A stretch of 64,000 bases of DNA from a virus. Taxonomy: Duplodnaviria; Caudoviricetes. The stretch is from the IMG/VR virus record IMGVR_UViG_3300027705_000005, positions 36,536-100,535 of that record; one strand, given 5' to 3'. Under the pieces are notes generated by a model that saw nothing but the letters and a program-made list of their open reading frames with translations, made no database searches and was not told the origin of the DNA. How positions within the stretch are numbered: position 1 is the first letter of the stretch; each line of letters opens with the position of its first letter. Made by a program: the position numbers and the translations under genes. Shown here in pieces: positions 1 through 8,751 of this stretch.

Positions 1-7
1 TAAAACA

Positions 8-505
8 TTGGCACATTTAGAAGGTAAGGAAGCTAACATTAATCATATGAGAGCTGGACTTATGACAGAATTGGGAGAATTAATAGATTGTTTTAAGAAA
101 TGGTATGCTTATGGAAAAGAATTTGATAGAATTAATGCAAAAGAAGAAGTAGGAGACAGTTTTTGGTATATTGGTAATTTGGCTAACATATTGGGATATA
201 AATTAGATGATCTATTAGTTGCACAAAAAGAAGATATTAAATTAGACTTAGATTTTGCTTTTAGGTTATCTATGAATGCAATGGATCAATTATCTCAATT
301 ATTTAACTATCATAATCCAGAAGAATATCAACTAAAGTATATGATTTATTCTTTAGTTAGAATATCAGATTTGTTAAATTTTAAAGTAGAGGAGCTATTA
401 GAGAACAATATTGAAAAACTTAGGGTGAGATATAGTGATAAATTTACTGCTCATGAAGCTTTAAATAGAGATTTAAAAAGTGAATTAGTAGTTCTATCTA
501 AATAA
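8..505 (+). CDS. MazG-like NTP pyrophosphohydrolase (5'-truncated by window edge)
   Basis: TELGELID...KEEVGDSFWY (ExxE...ExxD) and ENNIEKLRVRY motifs; frame stays open to the window start. Confidence 0.8.
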   Translation: MAHLEGKEANINHMRAGLMTELGELIDCFKKWYAYGKEFDRINAKEEVGDSFWYIGNLANILGYKLDDLLVAQKEDIKLDLDFAFRLSMNAMDQLSQLFNYHNPEEYQLKYMIYSLVRISDLLNFKVEELLENNIEKLRVRYSDKFTAHEALNRDLKSELVVLSK

Positions 506-507
506 GT

Positions 508-591
508 ATGAAAAAATTAGATATTGTAGATTATATAATGATTCAGAATTATATATTCATAGAAAAAAATATCCATACAAATAATAATTAA
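508..591 (+). CDS. Possible 27-aa small protein
   Basis: ATG 2 nt after the previous stop; MKKLDIVDYIMIQNYIFIEKNIHTNNN fills the gap before the ligase. Confidence 0.3.
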   Translation: MKKLDIVDYIMIQNYIFIEKNIHTNNN

Positions 592-601
592 AAATAAATA
601 A

Positions 602-1912
602 ATGTTTAGATTAAGTTCAGATTACAATGAAAACTATATAGGACAGATAGTAAAACTAGATACTCCAGAGAAACATAACAATGCTGATTCTCTTCAAATA
701 TTCTATGTTAATAATCATCAGATTATTACTAATATGGATTATAAAAAAGGAGATTTAGTTGCTTTCTTTCCTGTTGGTTCTTGTATAAATAAAGATTTTG
801 TAAAGTCTTTTAATGGTTATTCCAATCCTTTATTAAATGTTGATACAACAATTAAAGGTTATTTTTGTGACAAAGCAAGAGTACGTGCCATATCATTACG
901 TGGCTCAAAAGTTGAAGGATTTGCAATTCCAATAAAAGTATTATTAGATTTCTTAGGTACTTCAGAACCTGTTATTCCAGGAATATTATTTGATAGTTAT
1001 GGAGATATATTATTGGTTGAGAAGTATATTATTAAAACAAGAGAAAAAGGTACTAATTTAGGTAATACTAATAAGAAAGTATCTAATTCCCTTAGAGGTA
1101 GAATGATAGAAAATCAGTTCCAATTTCATATAAGAACTCCAGCACTAAAGAATAATACTACTAAAATATTAGGTTTATCTGATACAGATGTTAATATCTC
1201 TATCACAAATAAAATACATGGAACATCAGCAATTATATCTAATGTGCTTGTAGAGAGCAAATTAAGCTGGTTTCAGAGACTTTTAAGAAGATGTGGAGTT
1301 AACATACCAACTACTGAATATCTACCTGTGTACTCAAGCAGACAAGTTATTAAAGGTAGTATTGATGATGAAAATACTAAAGAGGGATTTTATAAATCAA
1401 ATGTCTGGAAAGAAGTATTTGATGATATAATGTCAAAGAGAGGTATACCAAAAGGTTACAGCATATTTTTTGAGATAGCAGGATTTACATCTACTGGGGA
1501 AGCTATTCAAGGACAATGGGATTATGGGTGTGAACCAAAAGAAAAGAAGATATTTGTATACAGAGTAACCAATACTAATCCAGATGGAAAATGTATTGAA
1601 TTATCCTGGAATCAAATTAAACAATTCTGTAATGATTATAATTTACAACATGTTCCTGAATTATATAATGGTAAATTATATGACTTCTTAAAGAAACATA
1701 AGATTAAGAGTGATAAAGTATTAGTCAATAGATTATCAGATTTATATAATATTGAAGGAGATTGTACTATGTGTAAAAATAAAGTACCAACAGAAGGTAT
1801 TGTGTTAAGAATAGATGATTTAAATGAGTTTAATGTCTTTAAACTTAAAGGACACCGTTTTTTAATAAAGGAATCTTCACTAGAAGAAGCAACAATGGAA
1901 GATGAAAATTAA
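602..1912 (+). CDS. ATP-dependent RNA ligase with N-terminal OB-fold (Rnl2/DRB0094-like)
   Basis: N-terminal HNNADSL...KKGDLVAFFP...LRGSKVEG; ligase motifs I (NKIHGTS), III (FFEIAG), IIIa (FVYRV), IV (EGIVLR), V (FKLK). Confidence 0.85.
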   Translation: MFRLSSDYNENYIGQIVKLDTPEKHNNADSLQIFYVNNHQIITNMDYKKGDLVAFFPVGSCINKDFVKSFNGYSNPLLNVDTTIKGYFCDKARVRAISLRGSKVEGFAIPIKVLLDFLGTSEPVIPGILFDSYGDILLVEKYIIKTREKGTNLGNTNKKVSNSLRGRMIENQFQFHIRTPALKNNTTKILGLSDTDVNISITNKIHGTSAIISNVLVESKLSWFQRLLRRCGVNIPTTEYLPVYSSRQVIKGSIDDENTKEGFYKSNVWKEVFDDIMSKRGIPKGYSIFFEIAGFTSTGEAIQGQWDYGCEPKEKKIFVYRVTNTNPDGKCIELSWNQIKQFCNDYNLQHVPELYNGKLYDFLKKHKIKSDKVLVNRLSDLYNIEGDCTMCKNKVPTEGIVLRIDDLNEFNVFKLKGHRFLIKESSLEEATMEDEN

Positions 1913-1942
1913 GTTTAATAAGTTTAAGTTTAGAATGTTTTT

Positions 1943-1970
1943 AAGAGTGGGTTTTCTCCCACTCTTTTTT
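1943..1970 (+). terminator. Rho-independent terminator
   Basis: AAGAGTGGG-ttttct-CCCACTCTT stem-loop followed by a T run, just after the ligase. Confidence 0.85.
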
Positions 1971-1991
1971 AATTAAAAAAATAAATAATCA

Positions 1992-2546
1992 ATGAAGAAA
2001 GATAGATATTTACAAGATATACCAAATGAATTAACTGATGTGGGAATGCAAAAAGTATTATTAGTCAGAAGAGAAATGATACATTTAAAGCATATTAGAA
2101 AAGAAATATTTATTAATAGAACAATTAATATAGAATCCATATTAGATTCTTTAGGATTATCTTTATTTGAATATACACAATTTATGTCCAATAGAGAAAG
2201 ACAGATATTTAAAATATCAAGAGATTATCAATTGGATGATATTAATAAAGTAGTAAAACTACAAGAAACATATGGTGCTATTAGTAGATTATATAGTTCT
2301 TTAAAAGAAGTTATTTATTTTACAACAGATTTATTAGATACACATAATAATTCATATCTTTATAAAGATAGCACAATACTTGAATTTGATATTAAAAAGA
2401 TATTATCAGCAACACAAAAATATAAAATAGTTATATTATTAAGTTCTGATCCTGAAATATTAACAACAGCTTGGTGTTTTGGTATTAAAACTTTCCTACT
2501 ATCTGATAATGATAAAATTGCTCACTTTAGTTTAAAAACAGAATAA
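1992..2546 (+). CDS. Hypothetical protein
   Basis: 184-aa ORF, TAATG-coupled to the next gene. Confidence 0.7.
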   Translation: MKKDRYLQDIPNELTDVGMQKVLLVRREMIHLKHIRKEIFINRTINIESILDSLGLSLFEYTQFMSNRERQIFKISRDYQLDDINKVVKLQETYGAISRLYSSLKEVIYFTTDLLDTHNNSYLYKDSTILEFDIKKILSATQKYKIVILLSSDPEILTTAWCFGIKTFLLSDNDKIAHFSLKTE

Positions 2547-3256
2547 TGAACATACACATAAATAAAGAAGAACATGAAATTCTTCAAAAGAAAGTTATAG
2601 AACAAGTACTTATTGGATCTCAAATGTATGGCATTGATACACCAAATAGTGATACAGATTATTTATGCTGGATAACATCATGGTATGTTGAAGAGACTAT
2701 AGGATGTCCATCAATACATCAATTTCAATATAAAGATGTTGAGAACAATATTGATTATGTATATACTACAGAATTACAATTTGCTAAGAATTTTATGTCT
2801 GGAGATTCTACTATTAATGTGGATGTAGTTTTATTTCATGCTGATATAGATGATGAAATAAGATTAAAAATGTGTAGAACTTATAAGATCATTAAATCTT
2901 ATCTTGGAATGGCTAGGAGAGATCTTAAACATCTACATAAAGATCCTTCTAAAAGAAGACATATTGTTAGAGGAATATATTGCGCTGGAGAATTATTAGA
3001 TAATAAATTACCAACTATTAAAGGTATTCAAGATGTAATTAAATTAGATGATAATTTAAGTGTAGATATGACAGAGAAAAACTATTTAGTTAATTTCAGT
3101 GTAAATTATGTGTCTATGGAAAAAGAATTAAGACAAATGTGTAATACGATGTATGAAAAAGGAGAATTAGAGAATTATTATATTCCAGAAGTTAATGATC
3201 CTTTATTACAAAAATTATTAAATGCAAATAACATAAGAGAATTTAGATATGAGTAA
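2546..3256 (+). CDS. Pol-beta superfamily nucleotidyltransferase (RlaP/Nuc-transf-like)
   Basis: IGSQMYGIDTPNSDTDY (GSxxYG...SDxD); C-terminal helical part with HIVR. Confidence 0.8.
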   Translation: MNIHINKEEHEILQKKVIEQVLIGSQMYGIDTPNSDTDYLCWITSWYVEETIGCPSIHQFQYKDVENNIDYVYTTELQFAKNFMSGDSTINVDVVLFHADIDDEIRLKMCRTYKIIKSYLGMARRDLKHLHKDPSKRRHIVRGIYCAGELLDNKLPTIKGIQDVIKLDDNLSVDMTEKNYLVNFSVNYVSMEKELRQMCNTMYEKGELENYYIPEVNDPLLQKLLNANNIREFRYE

Positions 3257-3740
3257 AACAATAACAATTCTTGTTGCTAAATCAGGTTCAGGTAAATCAA
3301 CATATGCTAATCGGATTGTAATATCTAATCCATGGACATTTATTATTAATAGAGATTCAATAAGAAGAGCTATTGTAGGAAACTTAGATAATTACTATGA
3401 AAGAGATAACATCAATGGATTAGAAATGATAGTTAATAATATAGAAGATGCATTATTTGAGAATTATGCTGAAAGAAATTATTCTATTATTATTGATAAT
3501 ACAAATCTAAAACAGAAGTTTGTTAAGAAATGGATTGATTTAGCTAGATATTATCATTACAATGTAAGATTTAAGATATTTGATCTTCCTGCTGAAATAT
3601 GTAAGGAAAGAGTAATGGAAAGAGATTTTGCTGGTAGAACAACACCACAATTAGTTGAATATATAGATATTCAAGATAAACAATTTCATTCTATTGTAGA
3701 ATGGATTAATAAAAACTATAAAGATAAAATAATAGAATAA
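3249..3740 (+). CDS. Polynucleotide kinase-like P-loop kinase (AAA_33/PNK kinase domain)
   Basis: AKSGSGKST Walker A, INRDSIR, IIIDNTN, CKERVMER. Confidence 0.85.
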   Translation: MSKTITILVAKSGSGKSTYANRIVISNPWTFIINRDSIRRAIVGNLDNYYERDNINGLEMIVNNIEDALFENYAERNYSIIIDNTNLKQKFVKKWIDLARYYHYNVRFKIFDLPAEICKERVMERDFAGRTTPQLVEYIDIQDKQFHSIVEWINKNYKDKIIE

Positions 3741-4420
3741 TGGAAAAGCAACAAGTGTGGCTGAGTAGTGATTTCCATGGGTATCACAAAAATATTTGTA
3801 AAGGTTCATCTTCTTGGGATAGTAATAGAAATGATAATAATGGTCAATCTTGTAGAGATTTCAAAGATGAATTTGAAATGACAGATGTGTTAATTGATAC
3901 AATTAATAAATATGTTAAAGAAAATGATATTATATATTTTCTGGGAGATTTTACCTTCGGAGGCTTAGATAAAATATATAAATTTAGAAAGAGAATAAAC
4001 TGTAGAACAATACATTTCTTCTATGGCAACCATGACCATCACATTGAAAATAATAGATTTATATTAGATGATAATGGAGATAAGATACAAATAGATAATC
4101 ATGGAAATTTCTTAAGAACTCAAGATCTTTTTGCATCTGTTCAATATGTTGGAGAAATTAAAGTAAATGGAATTACTGTGTTTTGTTCGCACTATGCTCA
4201 TAGATGTTGGAACAAGTCTCACAAAGGCAGACCACATGCATATGGACATTCACATAATTCATTAGAATATGAAGAATGGGGCAAGAGCCTTGACGTAGGA
4301 ATTGATTCTGCTTTTGCTAGATTTGGAGAATATAGACCATTTAATTTTAATGAATTTATGGAAATTGTAAACAAGAGAGATGTTAAAATTATAGATCATC
4401 ATCAGTCACATACAAACTAA
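3740..4420 (+). CDS. Calcineurin-like metallophosphoesterase
   Basis: SDFHGYH, LGDF, GNHD, SHY, GHSH motifs; coupled to the kinase. Confidence 0.9.
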   Translation: MEKQQVWLSSDFHGYHKNICKGSSSWDSNRNDNNGQSCRDFKDEFEMTDVLIDTINKYVKENDIIYFLGDFTFGGLDKIYKFRKRINCRTIHFFYGNHDHHIENNRFILDDNGDKIQIDNHGNFLRTQDLFASVQYVGEIKVNGITVFCSHYAHRCWNKSHKGRPHAYGHSHNSLEYEEWGKSLDVGIDSAFARFGEYRPFNFNEFMEIVNKRDVKIIDHHQSHTN

Positions 4421-4425
4421 ACAAT

Positions 4426-5709
4426 ATGAAAGAATTTAAAGATATAAATGGTAATGAATTAGTAGATGGTAAATGGTATTGTGGAATAGCTGGAATTGAA
4501 TTTACTAAATTTAAAAAGTTAAATTCAGAAGGTACTAATATTCATTTTTATGAATACATAACAAATGGTAGGCATGATAATGGTGATAGTGATAGACATG
4601 GTTCATTTTATGGTACTTTTGATAAAATGTATCCAGCTAACTATGATGATTATTCTAAATATTTACCAGAAGGACATTCTGATTTAAAACCAAAAGAATT
4701 AAAAGATACTTTAAAAGTAGGAACATGGTATTTTCATGGACATTTAGCTCAAGATAAACCAATGTATTTAGGTAAATTTGAAAGAATTGCTGATAAAACA
4801 TTTCATGCATCTGAATATATGTATTATTTAGGAGGAGACATATATTCTGGAATTACATGCAATTTATGGACAACAGGTGGTTGGAGAGAAAATCTAAGAG
4901 AAGCTACTCAAATAGAATTAAATAGATATCTTCCTGAAGGACATAAAGATAGAGATGATAATACTCCTAAATCTAAATTTAAGGTAGGAGATATTGTAGA
5001 TTTAAATGGTGCTTATATGCTCTCTGGTGGAGGAACATCAGAAAGTTATCCTTTAGAAAATGTTTTTGATTTAAAATGTTTAGCTAGAAGTAAAAAAGCT
5101 AAAATACGTAAAGTCTTTTACAATAAAGAACATCAAAGATATTGGTATGATACTGATTATTGCGGTAATCATGTATTAGAAGGACCTGAAATTACACTAC
5201 ATGGAGAAGTTGTTGCATCAGGAACTTTACCAGAATTAACAGAAGATAATATAAGAGATTATCATGGTTATGAAATAGAGTTTGAATATCTTACGAAATA
5301 TACTGGAAAATTAAGTATTGAACAAGGAAGAATATTTCTTTTAGAAAATGAACATGGACATAATAATGGACATAAATTATTTAGAGATGAATATAAATAT
5401 AGTGTTGTACTTGATATATCAAATAGTAATATCAAACAACATAAGATTAAATTAATCAAATTTGATAAATTTATTCCTTCTTATTATACACCAACACCTA
5501 AATTATATTCTGCAATAAAAGATGAAGAGATTAGATTACACAAAGTACCTAATTCAAACATACAGATAAGAACAATTAACATACCAACAGTTGAAATACA
5601 AAGAGTTGATTTAAAACAACAAAATCAATTAAGAATACAAATACCAGAGGTTAAACCTCAAAGCATCCAAAGAGTAATAATTAATAACAAACATTTAAAA
5701 TTAAATTAA
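4426..5709 (+). CDS. Hypothetical protein with two internal repeats
   Basis: Duplicated G.WY...YLPEGH.D units. Confidence 0.75.
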   Translation: MKEFKDINGNELVDGKWYCGIAGIEFTKFKKLNSEGTNIHFYEYITNGRHDNGDSDRHGSFYGTFDKMYPANYDDYSKYLPEGHSDLKPKELKDTLKVGTWYFHGHLAQDKPMYLGKFERIADKTFHASEYMYYLGGDIYSGITCNLWTTGGWRENLREATQIELNRYLPEGHKDRDDNTPKSKFKVGDIVDLNGAYMLSGGGTSESYPLENVFDLKCLARSKKAKIRKVFYNKEHQRYWYDTDYCGNHVLEGPEITLHGEVVASGTLPELTEDNIRDYHGYEIEFEYLTKYTGKLSIEQGRIFLLENEHGHNNGHKLFRDEYKYSVVLDISNSNIKQHKIKLIKFDKFIPSYYTPTPKLYSAIKDEEIRLHKVPNSNIQIRTINIPTVEIQRVDLKQQNQLRIQIPEVKPQSIQRVIINNKHLKLN

Positions 5710-5711
5710 AC

Positions 5712-6089
5712 ATGGCTAAGGCTAAAACAACAAACAACACGTACAGAGGATTAGTAACAAGATCAAAAGAAGAAATTGATAATGATCAATTGGATATTAA
5801 TGTAGCACATGCAGAGAATGATCTGGATATAGGTATTAATAATGTTTATGGTCAAGTAATTACTGCTGAAGGTAATCTTAAAAAGAACAGAAGTAGAATA
5901 GTAAAAGCAGAGCAATTATTAAATGATGCTAAAGCTGCTTTTCCTTTTAATGTTCAGACTATTCTTGATAGAAGAACTGAATTATTACAAGAAAGAGCTA
6001 ATATTACAGCTGAAGAGATAAGACTTGAATCTATCAAAGAAACTCATCAATATCTTTTAGATTTGAAAACAGAGTTATTCCCTTCATAA
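5712..6089 (+). CDS. Hypothetical coiled-coil protein
   Basis: 125 aa, helical heptad pattern, followed by a terminator. Confidence 0.7.
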   Translation: MAKAKTTNNTYRGLVTRSKEEIDNDQLDINVAHAENDLDIGINNVYGQVITAEGNLKKNRSRIVKAEQLLNDAKAAFPFNVQTILDRRTELLQERANITAEEIRLESIKETHQYLLDLKTELFPS

Positions 6090-6116
6090 AAACTTGTTTT
6101 TTATGTTAATAATTGT

Positions 6117-6150
6117 AGAAAGGATACTGTAACAGGTATCCTTTCTTTTT
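6117..6150 (+). terminator. Rho-independent terminator
   Basis: AGAAAGGATAC-tgtaacag-GTATCCTTTCT stem-loop plus TTTT. Confidence 0.85.
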
Positions 6151-6164
6151 AAAAAGAAAATATT

Positions 6165-6380
6165 ATGAATGATAGACATATTTATGAAGGTTGGAAAATT
6201 TCAGATTTTATTGAAGCATTAGAACCACAGTTCAATATGATAAATCAAAACTCCAGTTGGCAGAAAGGATTTGAATCATATGATGATTTAAAGAAATGGT
6301 GTAAGGATAACCAACCTTATTATAAGAAACATATACCAGAAGTATATAACTATTTTAAGAAGAAAGTAAAGTTATTATGA
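6165..6380 (+). CDS. Hypothetical protein
   Basis: 71-aa ORF, ATGA-coupled to the next gene. Confidence 0.7.
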   Translation: MNDRHIYEGWKISDFIEALEPQFNMINQNSSWQKGFESYDDLKKWCKDNQPYYKKHIPEVYNYFKKKVKLL

Positions 6381-7099
6381 GTTATAAAACATACCTTACA
6401 GGAGGTGCGGTAAGGGATCAATTACTAGGATTAAAGTCTAAAGACTTAGATTATGTATTTGTTTTTGATAATCCCAAACAGTTTACATCAGCAGAAGAAG
6501 CATTTCAAGAAATGGAAAGAATAATAATAGCTGATGGAGGAGAGATATATTTATCAACTCCAGATTGTTATACTATTAGATATAAAGATGGTGTTACAGG
6601 AGAAGCTAAAGATGTAGTACTTGCAAGAAAAGAAACTTCTTATATTCCAGGTACAAGAAAACCAGTTGTAGAACTTGGTACATTGTGGGATGATATGAGC
6701 AGGAGAGATGCAACTTTAAATGCTTTAGCTATGGATTCAGAAGGTAATATTATAGATTATTTTGGTGGACAAGAAGATCTTAAATATGGTATTATGAAAA
6801 CTCCTCTTGATCCAAATATAACATTTTCAGACGATAATCTAAGATTGCTAAGGTTTTTTAGATTTTTTATTACAAAGAATTTTAGAACAACTGATGAAAT
6901 ATTAGATATTATTACTAACTTTGACTATGTAAACAACTTTAAGCATGTTTCAGAAGAAAGAATAAGGGAAGAATTATTTAAATGTTTTAGACATGATACT
7001 TATAAAACATTAACATTATTGGCTTCTTTTCCTAAATTAGAAAATTATATATTTACTAAAACAAACCTTTGGTTAATGCCAACATTAAAAGATAAATAA
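6377..7099 (+). CDS. Class II tRNA nucleotidyltransferase (CCA-adding/poly(A) polymerase family), compact
   Basis: GGAVRD...KDLDY, ARKE, RRDATLNALA, DDNLRLLRFFRF, VSEERIREEL motifs. Confidence 0.9.
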   Translation: MSYKTYLTGGAVRDQLLGLKSKDLDYVFVFDNPKQFTSAEEAFQEMERIIIADGGEIYLSTPDCYTIRYKDGVTGEAKDVVLARKETSYIPGTRKPVVELGTLWDDMSRRDATLNALAMDSEGNIIDYFGGQEDLKYGIMKTPLDPNITFSDDNLRLLRFFRFFITKNFRTTDEILDIITNFDYVNNFKHVSEERIREELFKCFRHDTYKTLTLLASFPKLENYIFTKTNLWLMPTLKDK

Positions 7100-7357
7100 A
7101 TGCAAGAAACAGAAGAAATAGAACATGTAGAATTACCAGTAGAAGACTTAAAACCTCCTACAAGAAAAGAAGTAAATGATACTAATAAGTTTAGTAGAAT
7201 GCACTTTAGAGTAAGTAATTATCTATATTTAAACCAAAGATCCTTTCAAGAAGAATATATATTAATATATAATAAAGAAAGTAAATTATCAAGAGTAGAA
7301 AGAGATTATGTAATACATGTAGTTGAACAATCAATGCAGTTAAATGAGGAAGAATGA
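7100..7357 (+). CDS. Hypothetical protein
   Basis: 85-aa ORF in a coupled operon. Confidence 0.65.
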   Translation: MQETEEIEHVELPVEDLKPPTRKEVNDTNKFSRMHFRVSNYLYLNQRSFQEEYILIYNKESKLSRVERDYVIHVVEQSMQLNEEE

Positions 7358-7662
7358 GTTTAGAAGAGTTTTTAAATGGTCTTGAAGTACAAACTTTAAC
7401 CGATGAATTAAAAGAAGAAATATTAGACTATCATAATGATGATTTAGCAGATAAGAAAACAGATTTAGATGATGTAAATTATGAAGTAATAATAGAACAT
7501 ATTATATACAGATATGATAATAAATTACATCTTTATCAAACTGAATTATTAGAGTTGGTAGCAGAATCATATAAAGATTTAGCAAGTAAACAGAAATTTG
7601 AATTTTTAATAACTAAAATAGATGATTATACTTTAGAACAATTAAAAGAAAGATTAGAATGA
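7354..7662 (+). CDS. Hypothetical acidic protein
   Basis: 102-aa ORF with ATGA overlaps at both ends. Confidence 0.65.
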   Translation: MSLEEFLNGLEVQTLTDELKEEILDYHNDDLADKKTDLDDVNYEVIIEHIIYRYDNKLHLYQTELLELVAESYKDLASKQKFEFLITKIDDYTLEQLKERLE

Positions 7663-7931
7663 GTAGAAAATATATAGATGCTAAAACAACTGTCTGGGAA
7701 AGAATATATCTTAAAGATGATGCAGATATGGATATTATTATCAAACAAATAGAAGAAGGTAATATAGAAGATGGTTTTGATGAAAAATATTTTGATGAAT
7801 GTGAAGCATTATATGAAACATCTGAATATATGACAATTGAAGAAAATGCTGGTAATAATACAATAGAAGTGTATGTAGATGATAAATGTATTTGGGATAA
7901 TGTTGATAAACATGAAACAATTGTAGGATGA
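7659..7931 (+). CDS. Hypothetical acidic protein
   Basis: 90-aa ORF with ATGA overlaps. Confidence 0.65.
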   Translation: MSRKYIDAKTTVWERIYLKDDADMDIIIKQIEEGNIEDGFDEKYFDECEALYETSEYMTIEENAGNNTIEVYVDDKCIWDNVDKHETIVG

Positions 7932-7978
7932 TACCTTTATTAAGAACATTAAAAGGAAGCCAGGTTTTGTTTTATTAA
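7928..7978 (+). pseudogene. Orphaned ancestral 5' end of the 8717-9793 nucleotidyltransferase (MIPLLRTLKGSQVLFY*)
   Basis: ATGA-coupled to the upstream gene; 8 of the first 13 residues match MEILLKTLKGSNV at 8717 without gaps. Confidence 0.75.
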
Positions 7979-7997
7979 AATAATTTTGTATCTTTAC
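7967..7997 (+). promoter_or_regulatory. Bacteroidota-type housekeeping sigma promoter in front of the HNH gene
   Basis: TTG (7967-7969), 19-nt spacer, TATCTTTAC (7989-7997); consensus TTG-N19-TAnnTTTG with one mismatch. Confidence 0.7.
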
Positions 7998-8010
7998 ACA
8001 AAAAAATAAT

Positions 8011-8751
8011 ATGTGTGAAAGAAAAGAATACAAAATTGTAGATACTATTGGTGTAACAAGAGTTAAAAAACCAAGTGGTAAGTATCATCATGTTCAATTA
8101 TTTATATTTATGTGTCCTATTTGTAGAAATGTTACAAAAAGTAGGTCTTTTAGCAAAATATATAAGAAATGTAAAAATTGTTGGTCTACAAATTATTTAA
8201 ATTTAGAATTTGATAATGGATCTAAAGTAATAGAGGTGGATGATGAGCATAGAAAATTTAAAATATTGTGTCATTGTGGAAATACTCATCTAATGCAAAG
8301 AATTAATTTATTTCGTAGAATAAAACATAAAGAAGATATAGTTTGTAAAGAATGTGGTAGAATAAAGACAGATAAATCTCATGCAAAAACTGATTATCCA
8401 ACTTTTGTAAAACGTGTTAGTAGACTTATAAAAGTTGGTGCAACAGTAAGAAAATTAGATTTTAATCTATCGTTAATTGAAATAGAGAAATTAATAAATC
8501 AAGATTGTTTTTATTGTGGAAATAAACCAATTTTATATTTTAATCCAAGACAATATACTACTGAATATAAAAGGAATGGAATTGATAGAATTGACAGTAG
8601 TATTGGATACAATATTAATAATTGTGTGTCTTCATGTAAACTATGTAATTCTATGAAATTAGATAGTAGGCAGAAAGAATTTTTAGAACAAGTAAACAAA
8701 ATATATAAATATCAAAATGGAGATATTATTAAAAACATTAAAGGGAAGTAA
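8011..8751 (+). CDS. HNH-family homing endonuclease with Zn-ribbon N-terminus
   Basis: CFYCG...NGIDRIDSSIGYNINNCVSSCKLCNSMK; multiple CxxC/CxC pairs. Confidence 0.85.
   Translation: MCERKEYKIVDTIGVTRVKKPSGKYHHVQLFIFMCPICRNVTKSRSFSKIYKKCKNCWSTNYLNLEFDNGSKVIEVDDEHRKFKILCHCGNTHLMQRINLFRRIKHKEDIVCKECGRIKTDKSHAKTDYPTFVKRVSRLIKVGATVRKLDFNLSLIEIEKLINQDCFYCGNKPILYFNPRQYTTEYKRNGIDRIDSSIGYNINNCVSSCKLCNSMKLDSRQKEFLEQVNKIYKYQNGDIIKNIKGK

Noticed and set aside
1909-1932. Short AAGTTTA repeats after the ligase
   Set aside because: Too short and AT-rich to distinguish from chance
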